This document shows, piece after piece, positions 22,639-34,565 of a stretch of 64,000 nucleotides of DNA. Under the pieces are notes generated by a model, which did no database searches, had not been told where the DNA came from, and saw nothing but the letters and a program-made list of their open reading frames with translations. Position 1 is the first letter of the stretch, and each line of letters starts with the position of its first letter. This stretch comes from Thalia democratica (lineage: Eukaryota), in assembly GCA_965202585.1 (NCBI GenBank), contig OZ241828.1, positions 23,436,001 through 23,500,000 on the forward strand, in the 5' to 3' direction. A program made the translations under genes and the position numbers.

Positions 22639-23609
22639 TTTTTAGGTTTTTTTTTTGCAAAATTTACTTATAGTTTAACTCTCTTAACTACTGCCCAAGG
22701 TTTTGAGGAGGAAGAAGGGAAGATCCTGCTGAAAGACTTGCATGTCCTCACTTTACACGAGAGTCAAATGACCACTAGAAGAAGAATTTCACCCGTGCCA
22801 CAACTGAACTGTGTTGGAGGTAATGAGAAATTTAAAAATTATATTTTGAAGTCAGTTATTTTTACTTGTACTAATTTTAAATAGTTTATTTTAATTAATG
22901 ATTAATTCTTTTGATCATTGAACTTTTAAACATTTTGATAATCTAATTCAATCTTGATCCAAACTTAAAGAAACTAGATATATGTTTATTTGATACTTTC
23001 TTTTAAGTTATCTTTTTTCTATTTCTGTTTCAAAAAATTTTGTTTTCAGTTTTTTTTCATGAAACTACAAACTCTCTGTTCTTTTAAGTTAAGCAAGTTG
23101 AAATTGGCAGTATTAATAACAACTGTTTCTTAAAAGTCTAAACTAAGCTATTTGTGTTAACTTAGTTTACTAGTTTTAAGCAATTAAATACTAACAAAAT
23201 TCTTAGATGATGCACAATCCAAACGCTCGCTCCACCCAAAAGTGGTCCAGTGCACCAACAAACTACAAACAAATTATTTGTAGTCAATTGCTAAAATTTA
23301 ATAGCTAACTTATTGATGATTTAACAGTACAATAATAATCCCAATACCAATTTTTCAGGCAGTGCTAGATACGAAAAACTCCACCCAAAACACGTCCAAT
23401 GCACCAACAAGGGTTTCAACGTACAGGACTTTCATTTGGAATGTAAAGCAGACATGTCAGACAATTTTAGATTCGGAATGATCAGTGTCACCTGCAAGGG
23501 ATATGATCACCCAAATGATGATTACATGCTTGCTGGATCTTGCGGGCTGAACTACAATCTTGAGTTCACCGAGAAAGGAAAGGAACTTGTCAAAGATATA
23601 AACTATTGA
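22639..23609 (+). pseudogene. Truncated SARAF duplicate (luminal domain only); pseudogene or short soluble paralog
   Basis: Exon A (~22639/22678-22819: TLLTTAQGFEEEEGKILLKDLHVLTLHESQMTTRRRISPVPQLNCVG) and exon B (23359-23609: GSARYEKLHPKHVQCTNKGFNVQDFHLECKADMSDNFRFGMISVTCKGYDHPNDDYMLAGSCGLNYNLEFTEKGKELVKDINY*). Same phase-1 intron as SARAF, with homologous intron 3' sequence. No in-frame ATG in exon A. Confidence 0.85.
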
Positions 23610-24143
23610 AAATTACTTCCTTACTCTAATATTGTTCAGGAGGTGTTTAAAATAGTTCTTGATAGTTTTATTTATCTAATCGGCAAAATGTAAGAAGTTC
23701 TTTACATAAGTTAAATAAACATTTAGATAAATAACTACACGTAAGTAAACTTAAAATTACCTTACACCAGACTTGTTATCTTGGAAAGATAACTAAGTCT
23801 AGCTGTTTTTGGGGATTTGCCAAGGGAAATTTAAATCTCTCATTCAAAGGCAAAAAATACATAACTCCATAATATATTAAATAAACATATGAAAATAATT
23901 TTTAAAAAAGTAAATAAAAACCATGTTAATTATTATATTACGTTTTTTAAAGTTTATTTTATTATTTCCTAACTAAGCTTTTTAAATCTTGTTTTAACAA
24001 TTTAATTTTTCGGTCCTTTTTTCATTAAAAATCAGTAAAAAGGTCTAATACTAACAACTATTTTATAAATTAGTCAAACTTCGCAGATATGTTGTTAAAC
24101 GTACAGTTATTTATCCTTTTGTTTTTTTTTGTATTATCTAATG

Positions 24144-24624
24144 CAGTGATCGTTAAGGTGTACACTGGTGCTCGCTAGTGTACACGAAACTTTTTTTTGG
24201 GGTGCACGAAACTTTGAGATCACAAAAAAAATACATAGAGTTAGATTGAGTATGTAGTTCATATTTGATAAAGTACTTAAAGAACACTGAACTGGGGATT
24301 TTGTAGTAATTGCGGACTGCGGAGAAGTGTTCAATTACAAGTTTGTAAGACAAAGCCATATAACAAAAATATTATTAAGAAAATAAGGTAAAACAACTAA
24401 AGAGGTCAATTAAATATAGGATCAAATAAAAAATTTCAGCTTCAGTTGTTAAAGGTTTGCATGTAAATACAAACTGAGTTATGGCTTTTACGGATAAATG
24501 CACTAATAAAAGTGTTTACGTAGTCCCACCACTAGCAACGCTTATTAAAACTAGATCTTGGGGTCACCAATTTTAATTTTTGTAGCTTGGTGTACCCAGA
24601 ATATGATTAGCTTGACGACCACTG
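24144..24624. mobile_element. hAT-like MITE family C (CAGTGGTCGTCAAG-type termini)
   Basis: CAGTGATCGTTAAG ... CTTGACGACCACTG with a perfect 8-bp target-site duplication ATCTAATG. Confidence 0.9.
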
Positions 24625-27600
24625 ATCTAATGTGTTGAAATTTTTATGACTATCGGAACTTTACCCTTAGTATAAATATTTGTTTGCTTTTATCAAAGTA
24701 TAAACCATTACATAAAGTACTCTAACATTTCTATAATAATAGTATTCAAATTTTGCAAACATGTTGTTAAATGTACAGTCATGAATTTATTTCTTTTATT
24801 GTACTATGTAGTACATTACAAAGGTTAAAACTGTTTCTACTTTCCCTTATAAAATATATATTTTATCCAGATTGATTTGGTCTAGTTATAAAAGACTATA
24901 AATTTTAAAAAGTATAAAACTTGGAATCCTTTTTAGTTTAACAATAATTTTAATAAAGCTTCATATTTTTGCATAGAAATGTTTTGAATTAAAGTTACTT
25001 TAGAGAATAAAAAAACTTACTTAAACTGCTGTTTTCAGTTTCAAGATAAAGTATAGTCTTACACTGACTATGCTATTGTTTTAGGTTTCGTAAAAAAGCG
25101 ATTAAAAATGATTGGATTTTTTTATACTAGCAAACACTCGTAAATTACTATCATGTCTAGATAGCGCTAAAAAATAAAGATTTAATGTATTTTGAAATAA
25201 TAAGTAATTTTTTGTCTTATACATAATGTTAAACTAGAAAATAAGTTATATTCTAAACACTATAGGTTTGTTTTCAAGGAAGCTTTTTGTCTTAAAAACC
25301 CTATATTATCGTTATCAAATTATACGAAACTAATAAATACAAAAAAAAAAAGCAAAAATCTAAAACAACAACTGAAGTCAAAAGTATGTTATATTTCAAA
25401 TTTTGAAACTCTCATTAATTTTTTTTTCAAGCAATTAAAAAACAGCCATTACACCGCATTCTTTGGACCGAGTTGAAAAGTTTACTTTAAGTTAATTGAT
25501 ATATTTTTTGATGCGCAGTTTTACACTAACAACACAGATTTAGATTAAGAACAAAGAAAATTTTTTACTTTATGTTTCAAAACTAGAAAAATTTTCAAAA
25601 ATTATTCGTATTAAAAACTTAATTGTCTTTATAGTTTTTTTTATATTAGGATGAAAGTATTGTAAGAAAAAAAATTTAGTTAGTAAGTTGAATAGTTTTA
25701 TACAAACTTTTAAGTTTTTTATTACGTAACTGCTTTGTAATTTATAAATAGTTTGCTTAAATATCACAAACTACTCGGCATTAATTTTTTACTTGTTCTT
25801 GTAACATTTAATATTTAACTAGTGTTTCTGAACTCTTTCTTTTAGCTTTTATCATTTTCCAAATATTTCTCATTTTGGCTAGGTATAAAGTTTACAGCTT
25901 ATCAATTTAATTATAAATTAACTCTATTTTGAAAGCATTGCTAAACTTCTTTAAAAATAAGCTATACGAAAAGTAATAAATAAAAATGTTTAAAACTTTA
26001 ATTCTAATTAATAGATTTAAGATAGTTCTAGCTTTAAGAGTTCGTTTGGAAATTGTAGCATTAAAGTTGTAATAGATCAAATTCTATTAACAAACTTTTA
26101 ATAACAAATAGTGTTCGGAATGTTTCGATAAAAATTAATTTTAAAGTAACAATAGTTTTTAATAAATACTACGTGCTCTTCTGTTTTAAAAGAGATACAA
26201 ACTACAAAGTTTCAAGATATTTTTCGACAACAAAAAACGTAATAACAAAAATTAACTTAAGCGTTTCTAATATTAAAATCCTAAAACAAAAATTTTACGT
26301 GCTACACTTTTAATCTAACAAGTTATTTTTTGAGCAATAATTGACGTACATTCAAACCAAACATATTATGATTTTTTTAGCATATTAGCAAGATTTTTCT
26401 TACAAAGTGATCATACAATTACTAGAGCACAAAATGTATAGTTTTAGCGAACAGTTACTTATAAGTAGTCAGAAATAATTTTATCTAATATCTTCTTAGT
26501 TTGCAGAATGCAAGTAGTATCGCAATTTTGACCTGTATAAAAAGACTAAACTTAACAAAAACGATAAACTTTTTGGATGTATAAATATATATCCATAAAG
26601 TTTATTGCAAAAAGAACGTAATCTAAAGATTATTTCTTGCAAAAATTAATTAATTTCTCCTTTAACTAAATGGAGTTTAAGTAACTTAATTTATTTATAT
26701 AACCATTCTTTATATAATATCACGGTTACCATTACTTTTTTAATATCTTTTTTATTAAAAGATTAAAAGCTAAACTTGAGTTAGTTTAATTAAGCAGTTA
26801 AAAATTTTATACATTCATATATAATAAAAGATGTTGTAAATAATAAATTACATTATGTTTTATAGTTTAAACTTTAATCAAAGTACAAAAGTAAACTTTC
26901 GAAAGAAAAAAAAATGCATATTTAAAAAACAAACAAAATCTAAGGTTGAAGAATGTATAAATGTTTTCAAAACTAGTATTTTCAACAGAGCTAAAGAAGC
27001 ATTTAAAATAAAATTCAGTAAATATAAAAACATATAGACAGCTTGTTTATTACTTGAATAGAATAGAAGTAGTTTTTATTGAACGACAAAAATATCAAAT
27101 AAAGAATGACGTGTACTTTATAATAGAAAAGATGACGTGTACAATTGTCAAGTCCAAGTTATAAAAAAGTAATACCGATACATTATTCATGTAGGTATCG
27201 CGATATAAATTTTTTATAGTTAAGTAAGACTAATGACACTTTTTATTCAAAAAAAAAAGACTGACTAAGTGATTTTTATTGTTAAATATATTGAAAGTTT
27301 ATATTGACATTATCATTATAAGCCATATAATCTTCTTTTGTTTATAAATGTTCTATTAACTCATGATTTCAAATACTACAAAAGAGTGGAAAAATCTAGT
27401 AAGTTCTTAACAAAAATGTATTAATTTAGATACAAAAATGTGTTTAAAAAAAAGTTGGTTCATTGAATATATAAAATAGCATAAGAATATTTTTTGGTTA
27501 AGATTAAAGCAGACTCATAAGTTTTTAAGTTCCACTTTAATAAAAAAACAAAAATCAGATTTTTTTAACTCCTTTAAGTTCTAATCCTATAATGTTGAAT

Positions 27601-27803
27601 AGAAATGATGTATTTTTTGTTAAGTTATATTGATCTTGACATTACTATAATGATATTTAATTTATGCTTTAAAGTTATTGTTTTTACTTTAAAAAGAGTG
27701 TGACTTTTCATATTTTAGAAATATTTATGTTTTATACATTACCACAAGTTAAATTGTTTAATTTTATCAACTAATGTTTCAATAAAAAAAAATCTCATCT
27801 GTA

Positions 27804-28145
27804 CATAGTTGCCACTTTACCTGGAAACCTGGAATTTGACAATTTAGGCAAAAAAACCTGGAAAAACCTAGAATTTTAAACAATTTTTACATGTTAAGTA
27901 GAACAATTTTGATTTAACATAAAAACTCTACCAAGTAGATAAAAAAATTTTGCCATCATTTTTTATTTTTTAAACACAGTTGAAGCTCTACAGTATCTTT
28001 TCAATGTTTTTATACTATTTAACACAGTTTTTTACATTAAACTCATGTTTAATCTCAAAATAGATTAAAAAACAAATACTTTTAAAAACCTGGAAAAAAT
28101 TTTGAAAACCTAGATAAAATTTGCCAAAATTCAGTGGCAACCCTG
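27804..28145. mobile_element. hAT-like MITE family A
   Basis: CATAGTTGCCACTTTACCTGGAAACCTGG ... GTGGCAACCCTG; TCTGTA is present in both flanks; aligns with 32301-32684. Confidence 0.8.
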
Positions 28146-29238
28146 TCTGTATTAATAAAAAGGTTTGGACTAAGTTAGTCAACTTAAGATATTTTGACCT
28201 GTTTGAAGTTTTTAAAACTCATGCTAGTTAGAAATTTTCTAAAAAAAATTCTTACTGACTCAGGCTTGTTGGTTTTATTATTGCTAAACTAAAATAGTTT
28301 TGATAATTACCTAGTATGTTTTTGAACCAATTTTGAGCTGAAATTACATAGTTAGCCTAATATTAATGTTTAAATTAAATTTCTTTTTAACCATATTTTC
28401 ATACTTTTTGTACCCCCTCTAATTCAAAAACTTGATTAAATTTAGAAAAAAAATAAATTTGTGTTTACTTTTAGGTTGGTTTATACTTAAAAATATAAAA
28501 CAAATTGCAAAAAAAAGCATAACATACTTATAATCTTTACTAATTATTTACTTTATTACTTAACTTACAATTATATTAACTACTAATGTATTTATACAGC
28601 TTGTTTAATTTAAAGTATTGTTTTAGACTAAACATATTATGGTTAATAAAGAAATTAAATGAAAATATTGATATAAGACTAACTACATAATTTTAGCTCA
28701 ATACTGGTGGGACATCATGCTAAGTAACTACCCTAATTTTGAAATTTTTCCTTGATATCAGCTGTTGTATTAAGTTTGATTATTTTTCCTAGAAAATTGT
28801 GTTTTTTTTAACATATTTTGTCATTGTTTTGGTATTTTTAGGTATTTAATTTTGTTAATTGAATTTTTCAGTTTTTTACACTTGAAATTATTTTCTTCAA
28901 TTTTAAAATAAATTCTGGCTGAATCAGTTTGGTGGGCTGTTTTTTAGCCACTCAGGATGAATTTTTGCTCTTAAGAGTGGTTGCCTTTTAAAATAAAGTA
29001 TAAACTACATAACCAATATCAAAAATATAGATCTAGTTTGATATAAAATTTAAAAATTTCAATACTTTGGGTAACAAGATTATGACAAGCTACAATTATA
29101 AGAAGACCAAGTAAACCTACCCATTTGGTATTTTCAGTTTGGTAAACCCACTTTCATTGGTATTTTAACAGGGGTGGCTGTTTTAAATCAATCTTATTTT
29201 TATACCCCAGTTATCAGAAATTTTTTACCACTTGGTTT

Positions 29239-29500
29239 CAGGGTTGTCAAAAAACCTGGAATCTTAAAAAAAGCCAGAAGTTGGGCAATTAAGGCAAAAT
29301 AAAAAACTTGGGAAGTACTTTTTATTTGAGAAGTTTGAAAATTTAGAAAAACCTAGAATTTTGAACAAAACTGACTCTAAAACCTGGAATTTATACACCA
29401 ATTTTTACAGGTAAAATATAAAATTTCAATTACATACAAAAAATACACAGTTTAAAAGATTTTTTTTGTCATTTATTGTTATAATTCTAAAACACATTTT
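29239..29500. mobile_element. Partial hAT-like MITE family A
   Basis: Left terminus CAGGGTTGTCAAAAAACCTGG and internal AAACCTAGAATTTTGAAC motifs; right terminus not seen. Confidence 0.6.
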
Positions 29501-29619
29501 TTGTGGTAGAAAATCATCTTCTTCCGTCTACAACAATAAACATTTTTGAAGGTCAGGCAATTTGTCATCACCTGTAATTCTACCTGACCTTGAAAATTAC
29601 CATTAAACTAACCAAAAAA

Positions 29620-29942
29620 CAGGGTTGCCAAAAAACCTGGAGTTTGAGAAATTTTGAAATAAAACTTTGAAAAACCTGGAATTTTAAACAACTTTTACAT
29701 GTTAAGTAGTAAAATTTTGATTTGACATGAAAAATCTGTCATAATAACAAATTTTTTTGTCATCATCAAACATTTTTTTATCAAAAAACACATTTAAAGT
29801 AGCTTTACAGTATCTTTTCAATATTTTTGTACTATTAAACACAGTTTTTTACCTTGAACTTAATTTAAAACTATAAATAAATCCTAAAATGTGTAATTTT
29901 AGAAACCTTGAGAAAATTTGCCAAAAAAATTTGGCAACCCTG
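29620..29942. mobile_element. hAT-like MITE family A
   Basis: CAGGGTTGCCAAAAAACCTGG ... TTGGCAACCCTG with conserved internal sequence. Confidence 0.8.
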
Positions 29943-30758
29943 GAAAAAAAAAGAAAAAAGTTTCTTTGTAACAGAGAATGACTGTGACATCATTTGTTAA
30001 ACACTCAAAAGGTGCCAAATTTGCCAAATTTAAAGTAGCATTACAGTATATTCTAAGTATAATATAATTTCAAGACCTTGAGTTTAATTGTCTGCTAAAA
30101 ATATTCAAAAAACTGTGAATAACCTCAAAACTTGAAATAAATAATTTTAAATAAATTAATTTTGAAAATCTTAAATTTCACAAAACCTTGAAAAAATCTT
30201 TAAAAAACTCTTGATATCTCTCTAGTTGCAAAGCACTCAAACTATTAAAAGATAGAAAAAAAATCATCTGAATTAGGTTAGCATGATGTAACTCAGATTA
30301 ATTTTTGCTCACTCAGGCTATCAATAGACTGGTGGTGGAAAGGCATTTTATTCATCAAGCTACACACAATTTGCTTGTTAATACTGTTTTGAACTGTTTT
30401 TATTTTAATAATAATAAAATAAAAACTACAAGATAATAATTATTTTTTAATATTTTTTCTTAAAAACTCCTTTTGTTTAGCTATTTTGTTAATGTTTAGT
30501 GTTTTAGGTATAAAGTTTGATAAACATTATTTTTACAGTTGTTGCCTTATACTATTATATATTTTTCTTATGGTTGTTCTTGGTCAATTAGATAGGTTTT
30601 TTGTTTGTCTTTGAGTGTACTCTAGTTCAAAATATATATCATAAAGATTTGTTTGCAAGTCTTGTCCAAGGTTGCTTAGTTATAAAATTCATTATTGCTT
30701 GAAAATCTTGCGTCAGAAGAGTAAATAGAGCTAACATATATTGTAGTCAACAGTTTTT

Positions 30759-31116
30759 TAGGGTGGCCATTTAACCTGAAATTCTGGAAAACCTTGTATT
30801 TTAATATTTAAGTTAAAGTGAACTGAAAAACCTTGAGTTTTGAACATTTTTTTTACACTTTAAGTATAAAGTTAGATCAGATGATAAAAATTACAAAAGT
30901 AAACAAAATATTTATGACTATTATAAACTTATATTTTTATTATTCATAAAAAGCACTTGAATTAGCACTAGTCTTATCTTGTTAGTTAATTTTTTTATTA
31001 AATATATTTTTTGACCCAAAATTTATTTTTTTACTTACAAGAATCTGTACTTTCACAAACCTAGCAGAAAACCAGCAAACATGGAAGAAGTTTCTAAAAA
31101 ACCAATGGCAACTCTA
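30759..31116. mobile_element. Divergent hAT-like MITE related to family A
   Basis: TAGGGTGGCCATTTAACCTG ... ATGGCAACTCTA; degenerate termini and motifs. Confidence 0.5.
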
Positions 31117-32300
31117 ACTTGTTATAAATTTAATGTAGCATTAGAGTAAAACCTATACTATTTTCAAAAAACCGCAAAGCATAATGGCAGTAATGAACTT
31201 GAAATCACTTATAGTTTATTAAAAATTCTACAAATACATAAAGTATTGATTTTCAACAAAAATAGTCTGTATTTACTATTATAATTGAAAATTATTATTG
31301 ATTAACTTTAAATACAAAAAAAAACTCTGCCTTTCTACTATGACTTATTTTTATTCACAAAAACATTTTAATATATACTTATTTGTTTTTTAATTTCTAT
31401 TTTCGACTATATATGTTTAATACTTAAAATAGTATTTTAGTTTTTACATTTGGCTGGGTAACATTTTAAATTTGGATAGCTTGAATGATTTTAAATAATT
31501 TCTTTAAAAAAGTAATAATTAATCTTTTTAAAATTATTATCTTAGTTAGGTTGAGACTCTGGTAAAACTACAATATTTTCAATTTAAGTTTGTTGTAAAA
31601 TACAGCCAAAAAATATTTTAAACTTTACTTCTTTTTTAATCTGTTTGGTAGCTGTTTTGATATATTTTTCTATTAATTTTCAATAAATTTTAAGATTTTA
31701 TTTTATTATCCTTATTAATTGGCACTTTTGGTACATTTTTATGTATTTTAATCAAATTTCTGTTATATTGTCCCTAAAACTCTTATTATTATTCTCATAG
31801 GTGTGCAATGTTTTTCTGTTTTAAACTATATAGTGGTATTCAGAAAATCAGTTGAATACTAATTCATTTCTTTTTTGTATCTGTAATTTGTAAGTTACAA
31901 AAGTGTGAATTTTTGAATAGGTTAAAAATAGATATTTGATATTTATATTTTAGTCAATAACTTTTTTGTTAATTTGATTCTCTTCTAAAGTTTTCTGACT
32001 TTATAAGTTTACTTAAAAATCTAAATAACAAAAATCCAAATTAAATGTATCTGTATATTTTGAAACAAGTTGAATTATAATTACTTGTACTTGGAGTTTA
32101 AATTGTTTAATTACTAATATTGCCACACACTCAAGCTACTCAGGATAAACTCAAGGTTTTTTTCTAGATCTCATTAGATTATTTCTTACCAAGGAACATT
32201 TTTTCAAAGCCCAGGCTAGTTTAACTGTTAAGTCAACCTCAAACTAGGGATTAATTTGTTTTAACTATCAATGAAAGTCAAACTGGTTTTCATACTAACC

Positions 32301-32684
32301 CAGGGTTGCCACTTTACCTTGAAACCTGGAAAACCTGTAATTCCACAATTTAAGCAAAAATAACCTAGAAAAACCTGGAATTTGAGAAATTTTGGAAAAA
32401 ACCTGGAATTTTAATTAATATAAACATTTTCAGTAGTAAAATTTCGATTTGGCACAAGAAATCTATCATATAGGTGAGATTTTTTGTCATCATCAAATTA
32501 AAAAAAAAAACATATTTAAAGTAACTCTAAAGTATCTTTTCAGTGTTTTTATACTATTTAACACAGTTTCTTATAAAAAAAATAAACTTAAAACTAAAAA
32601 TAGACCCAAAAATGTGTACTTTTAAAAACCTGGAAGAAATTTGGAAAACCTTGAAGAATTTTGAAAAAACGAGTGGCAACCCTG
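32301..32684. mobile_element. hAT-like MITE family A, best-preserved copy
   Basis: CAGGGTTGCCAC ... GTGGCAACCCTG with a perfect 8-bp target-site duplication TACTAACC. Confidence 0.92.
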
Positions 32685-32790
32685 TACTAACCCTATAAAT
32701 TTAAGTTTCAGAATTTATACCGTAAAGTAGTTATGTGTAAATCTATGGTAAAAATCATGTTTCTCACAATTTTCATTTGTTTAAATTTTG

Positions 32791-33145
32791 CAGGGTTGCC
32801 ATTTTACCTGGAAACCTGGAATGTGAAAATTTATGCAAAAAAAAATCTGGAGAAAACCAGAATTTTGAACAATTTTAACATTTTAAGTAGTAAAGTTTTA
32901 ATTTGACACAAAAAATCTATTATATAAATAATATTTTTTTGTCATTATCAAAAAAGTTTTTAATAAAAAAACACATTTAAAGTAACTTGACAGTATGTTT
33001 ACGATGATTTTTTAGTATCTAACACAGTTTCTTACATTAAACTTAACTTAAATCTAAAAATAAACCCAATAATGTATACTTTTAAAAACCTTGAAGAAAT
33101 TTGAAAAACCTGGAAGAATTTTTGATAACACAAATGGCAACCCTG
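32791..33145. mobile_element. hAT-like MITE family A immediately upstream of SARAF
   Basis: CAGGGTTGCCAT ... ATGGCAACCCTG; ends 124 nt before the SARAF ATG. Confidence 0.85.
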
Positions 33146-33268
33146 TTTTTTGTAAAAGTATAAATAATTTTAAGCTGGTTATATTATAGTGGTTTGATAA
33201 GAGCTGTATGATGTTTAAGACAGTATATATTAATTTCATTTATTTTTTAGAATTTTTATATAAAAATT

Positions 33269-34565
33269 ATGTGGAAATCCATAGTAACCTTTCTACTACT
33301 CACCACACTTTTCACAACCACCCACGGTTGGGGTGAGAAGAAAATCAAACTGAAAGACGTGCATGTACTCACATTGCACGAGGGTCAGATGACCACCGGA
33401 AGGAGAAGTTCACCTGTGCCTCAACTGAACTGCGTTGGAGGTAAAGATTTTTAACTATTTTAATTGGTTTTATAATTTTTTTTAATAAAAAACTGCTCAG
33501 TATACAAAGTGTTTGTTCAAAGAGGTTGCTAGTTTGTGATATTGTTTAAAAACTACTCTGTTTAAAATTAAACATTGCTAGTTTTATATACAGAACTATC
33601 AACTGAAGTTTTTTATAAGTAATTTATTATTATAAATAGAAAGTTAACTTGAATGAACTTTAATCTAAAGCAAATAATTTGGAGTCAAGTGCCAAAATTT
33701 TATAGCTAATTTATTGCAAACAAATTGTAAAAGCTTTTAATAATTTGTTGGGTCATAGTACAATATTAATCCCAATATTTTTTTTTCAGGCAGTGCTAGG
33801 TATGAAAAACTCCACCCCAAACACGTCCAATGCACCAACAAGGGTTTTGACGGTCAGGACTTCCAGTGGGAGTGCAAAGCAGACATGTCAGACAATGTCA
33901 GGTTCGGAATGATCAGTGTCAGCTGTGAAGGGTATGATCACCCAAATGATGACTATGTACTTGCTGGTTCTTGTGGACTGAACTACAATCTTGAATTCAC
34001 TGAAGCAGGCAAGAAGAGGCAGCATCAGCAAAGCTCTTTCTACCACGGCAACAGTTACCATAGCGACTACAGCTACCAGGACTCATGGTTCTTCTCCTTC
34101 TTTGATGCCATCTCTGGTTTGGTTCCAATCTTTCTCATCTTGGGAGTTTTTCTTTTGATCATCAACTGCTGCACCACTGACCAATCAGATTCCACTGACA
34201 GAAGACCAGGTCACGACTTCAGAGACGGAGGCAGAGGGGGTCACAACCCGCCGCCTTACGGTTGGAAGTTCCAGGACAGCCAGCAACAGTATCAGCCCCC
34301 ACCTAGCTACCAGCAGTCAACCCAACAAAACACTGGTAACCAAGGCAACACAGGAAGCTGGTTTCCAAGCTTTGCCACAGGGGCAGGATTGGGCTACCTG
34401 TTTGGAAGCAGCGGAACCAGAAACAGGGGCTGGGGGTCAAGGACTTACACGGGTTATGACGGGTTCGGGGGCAGGACTGGTGGTTGGGGAAGAAGCAGGT
34501 CTTCATCCAGGGGCAGCGGAACTTCGAGGCAAACCAGTGGGTTTGGGGGAACCACCAGGAGGTAG
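33269..34565 (+). CDS. SARAF: Store-operated calcium entry-associated regulatory factor (TMEM66), 2 coding exons, 315 aa
   Basis: Exons 33269-33440 and 33790-34565 (948 nt). Signal peptide; LTLHEGQMTTGRRSSPVPQLNCVGG; VQCTNKGFDGQDFQWECKADM; SCEGYDHPNDDYVLAGSCGLNYNLEFT; TM helix LVPIFLILGVFLLII; PPPY motifs; C-terminal GATGAGLGYLFG and TSRQTSGFGGTTRR typical of SARAF. Confidence 0.96.

Noticed and set aside
24134-24359. Two overlapping minus-strand ORFs
   Set aside because: They lie within the family C MITE bounded by a perfect target-site duplication, with no transposase motifs.
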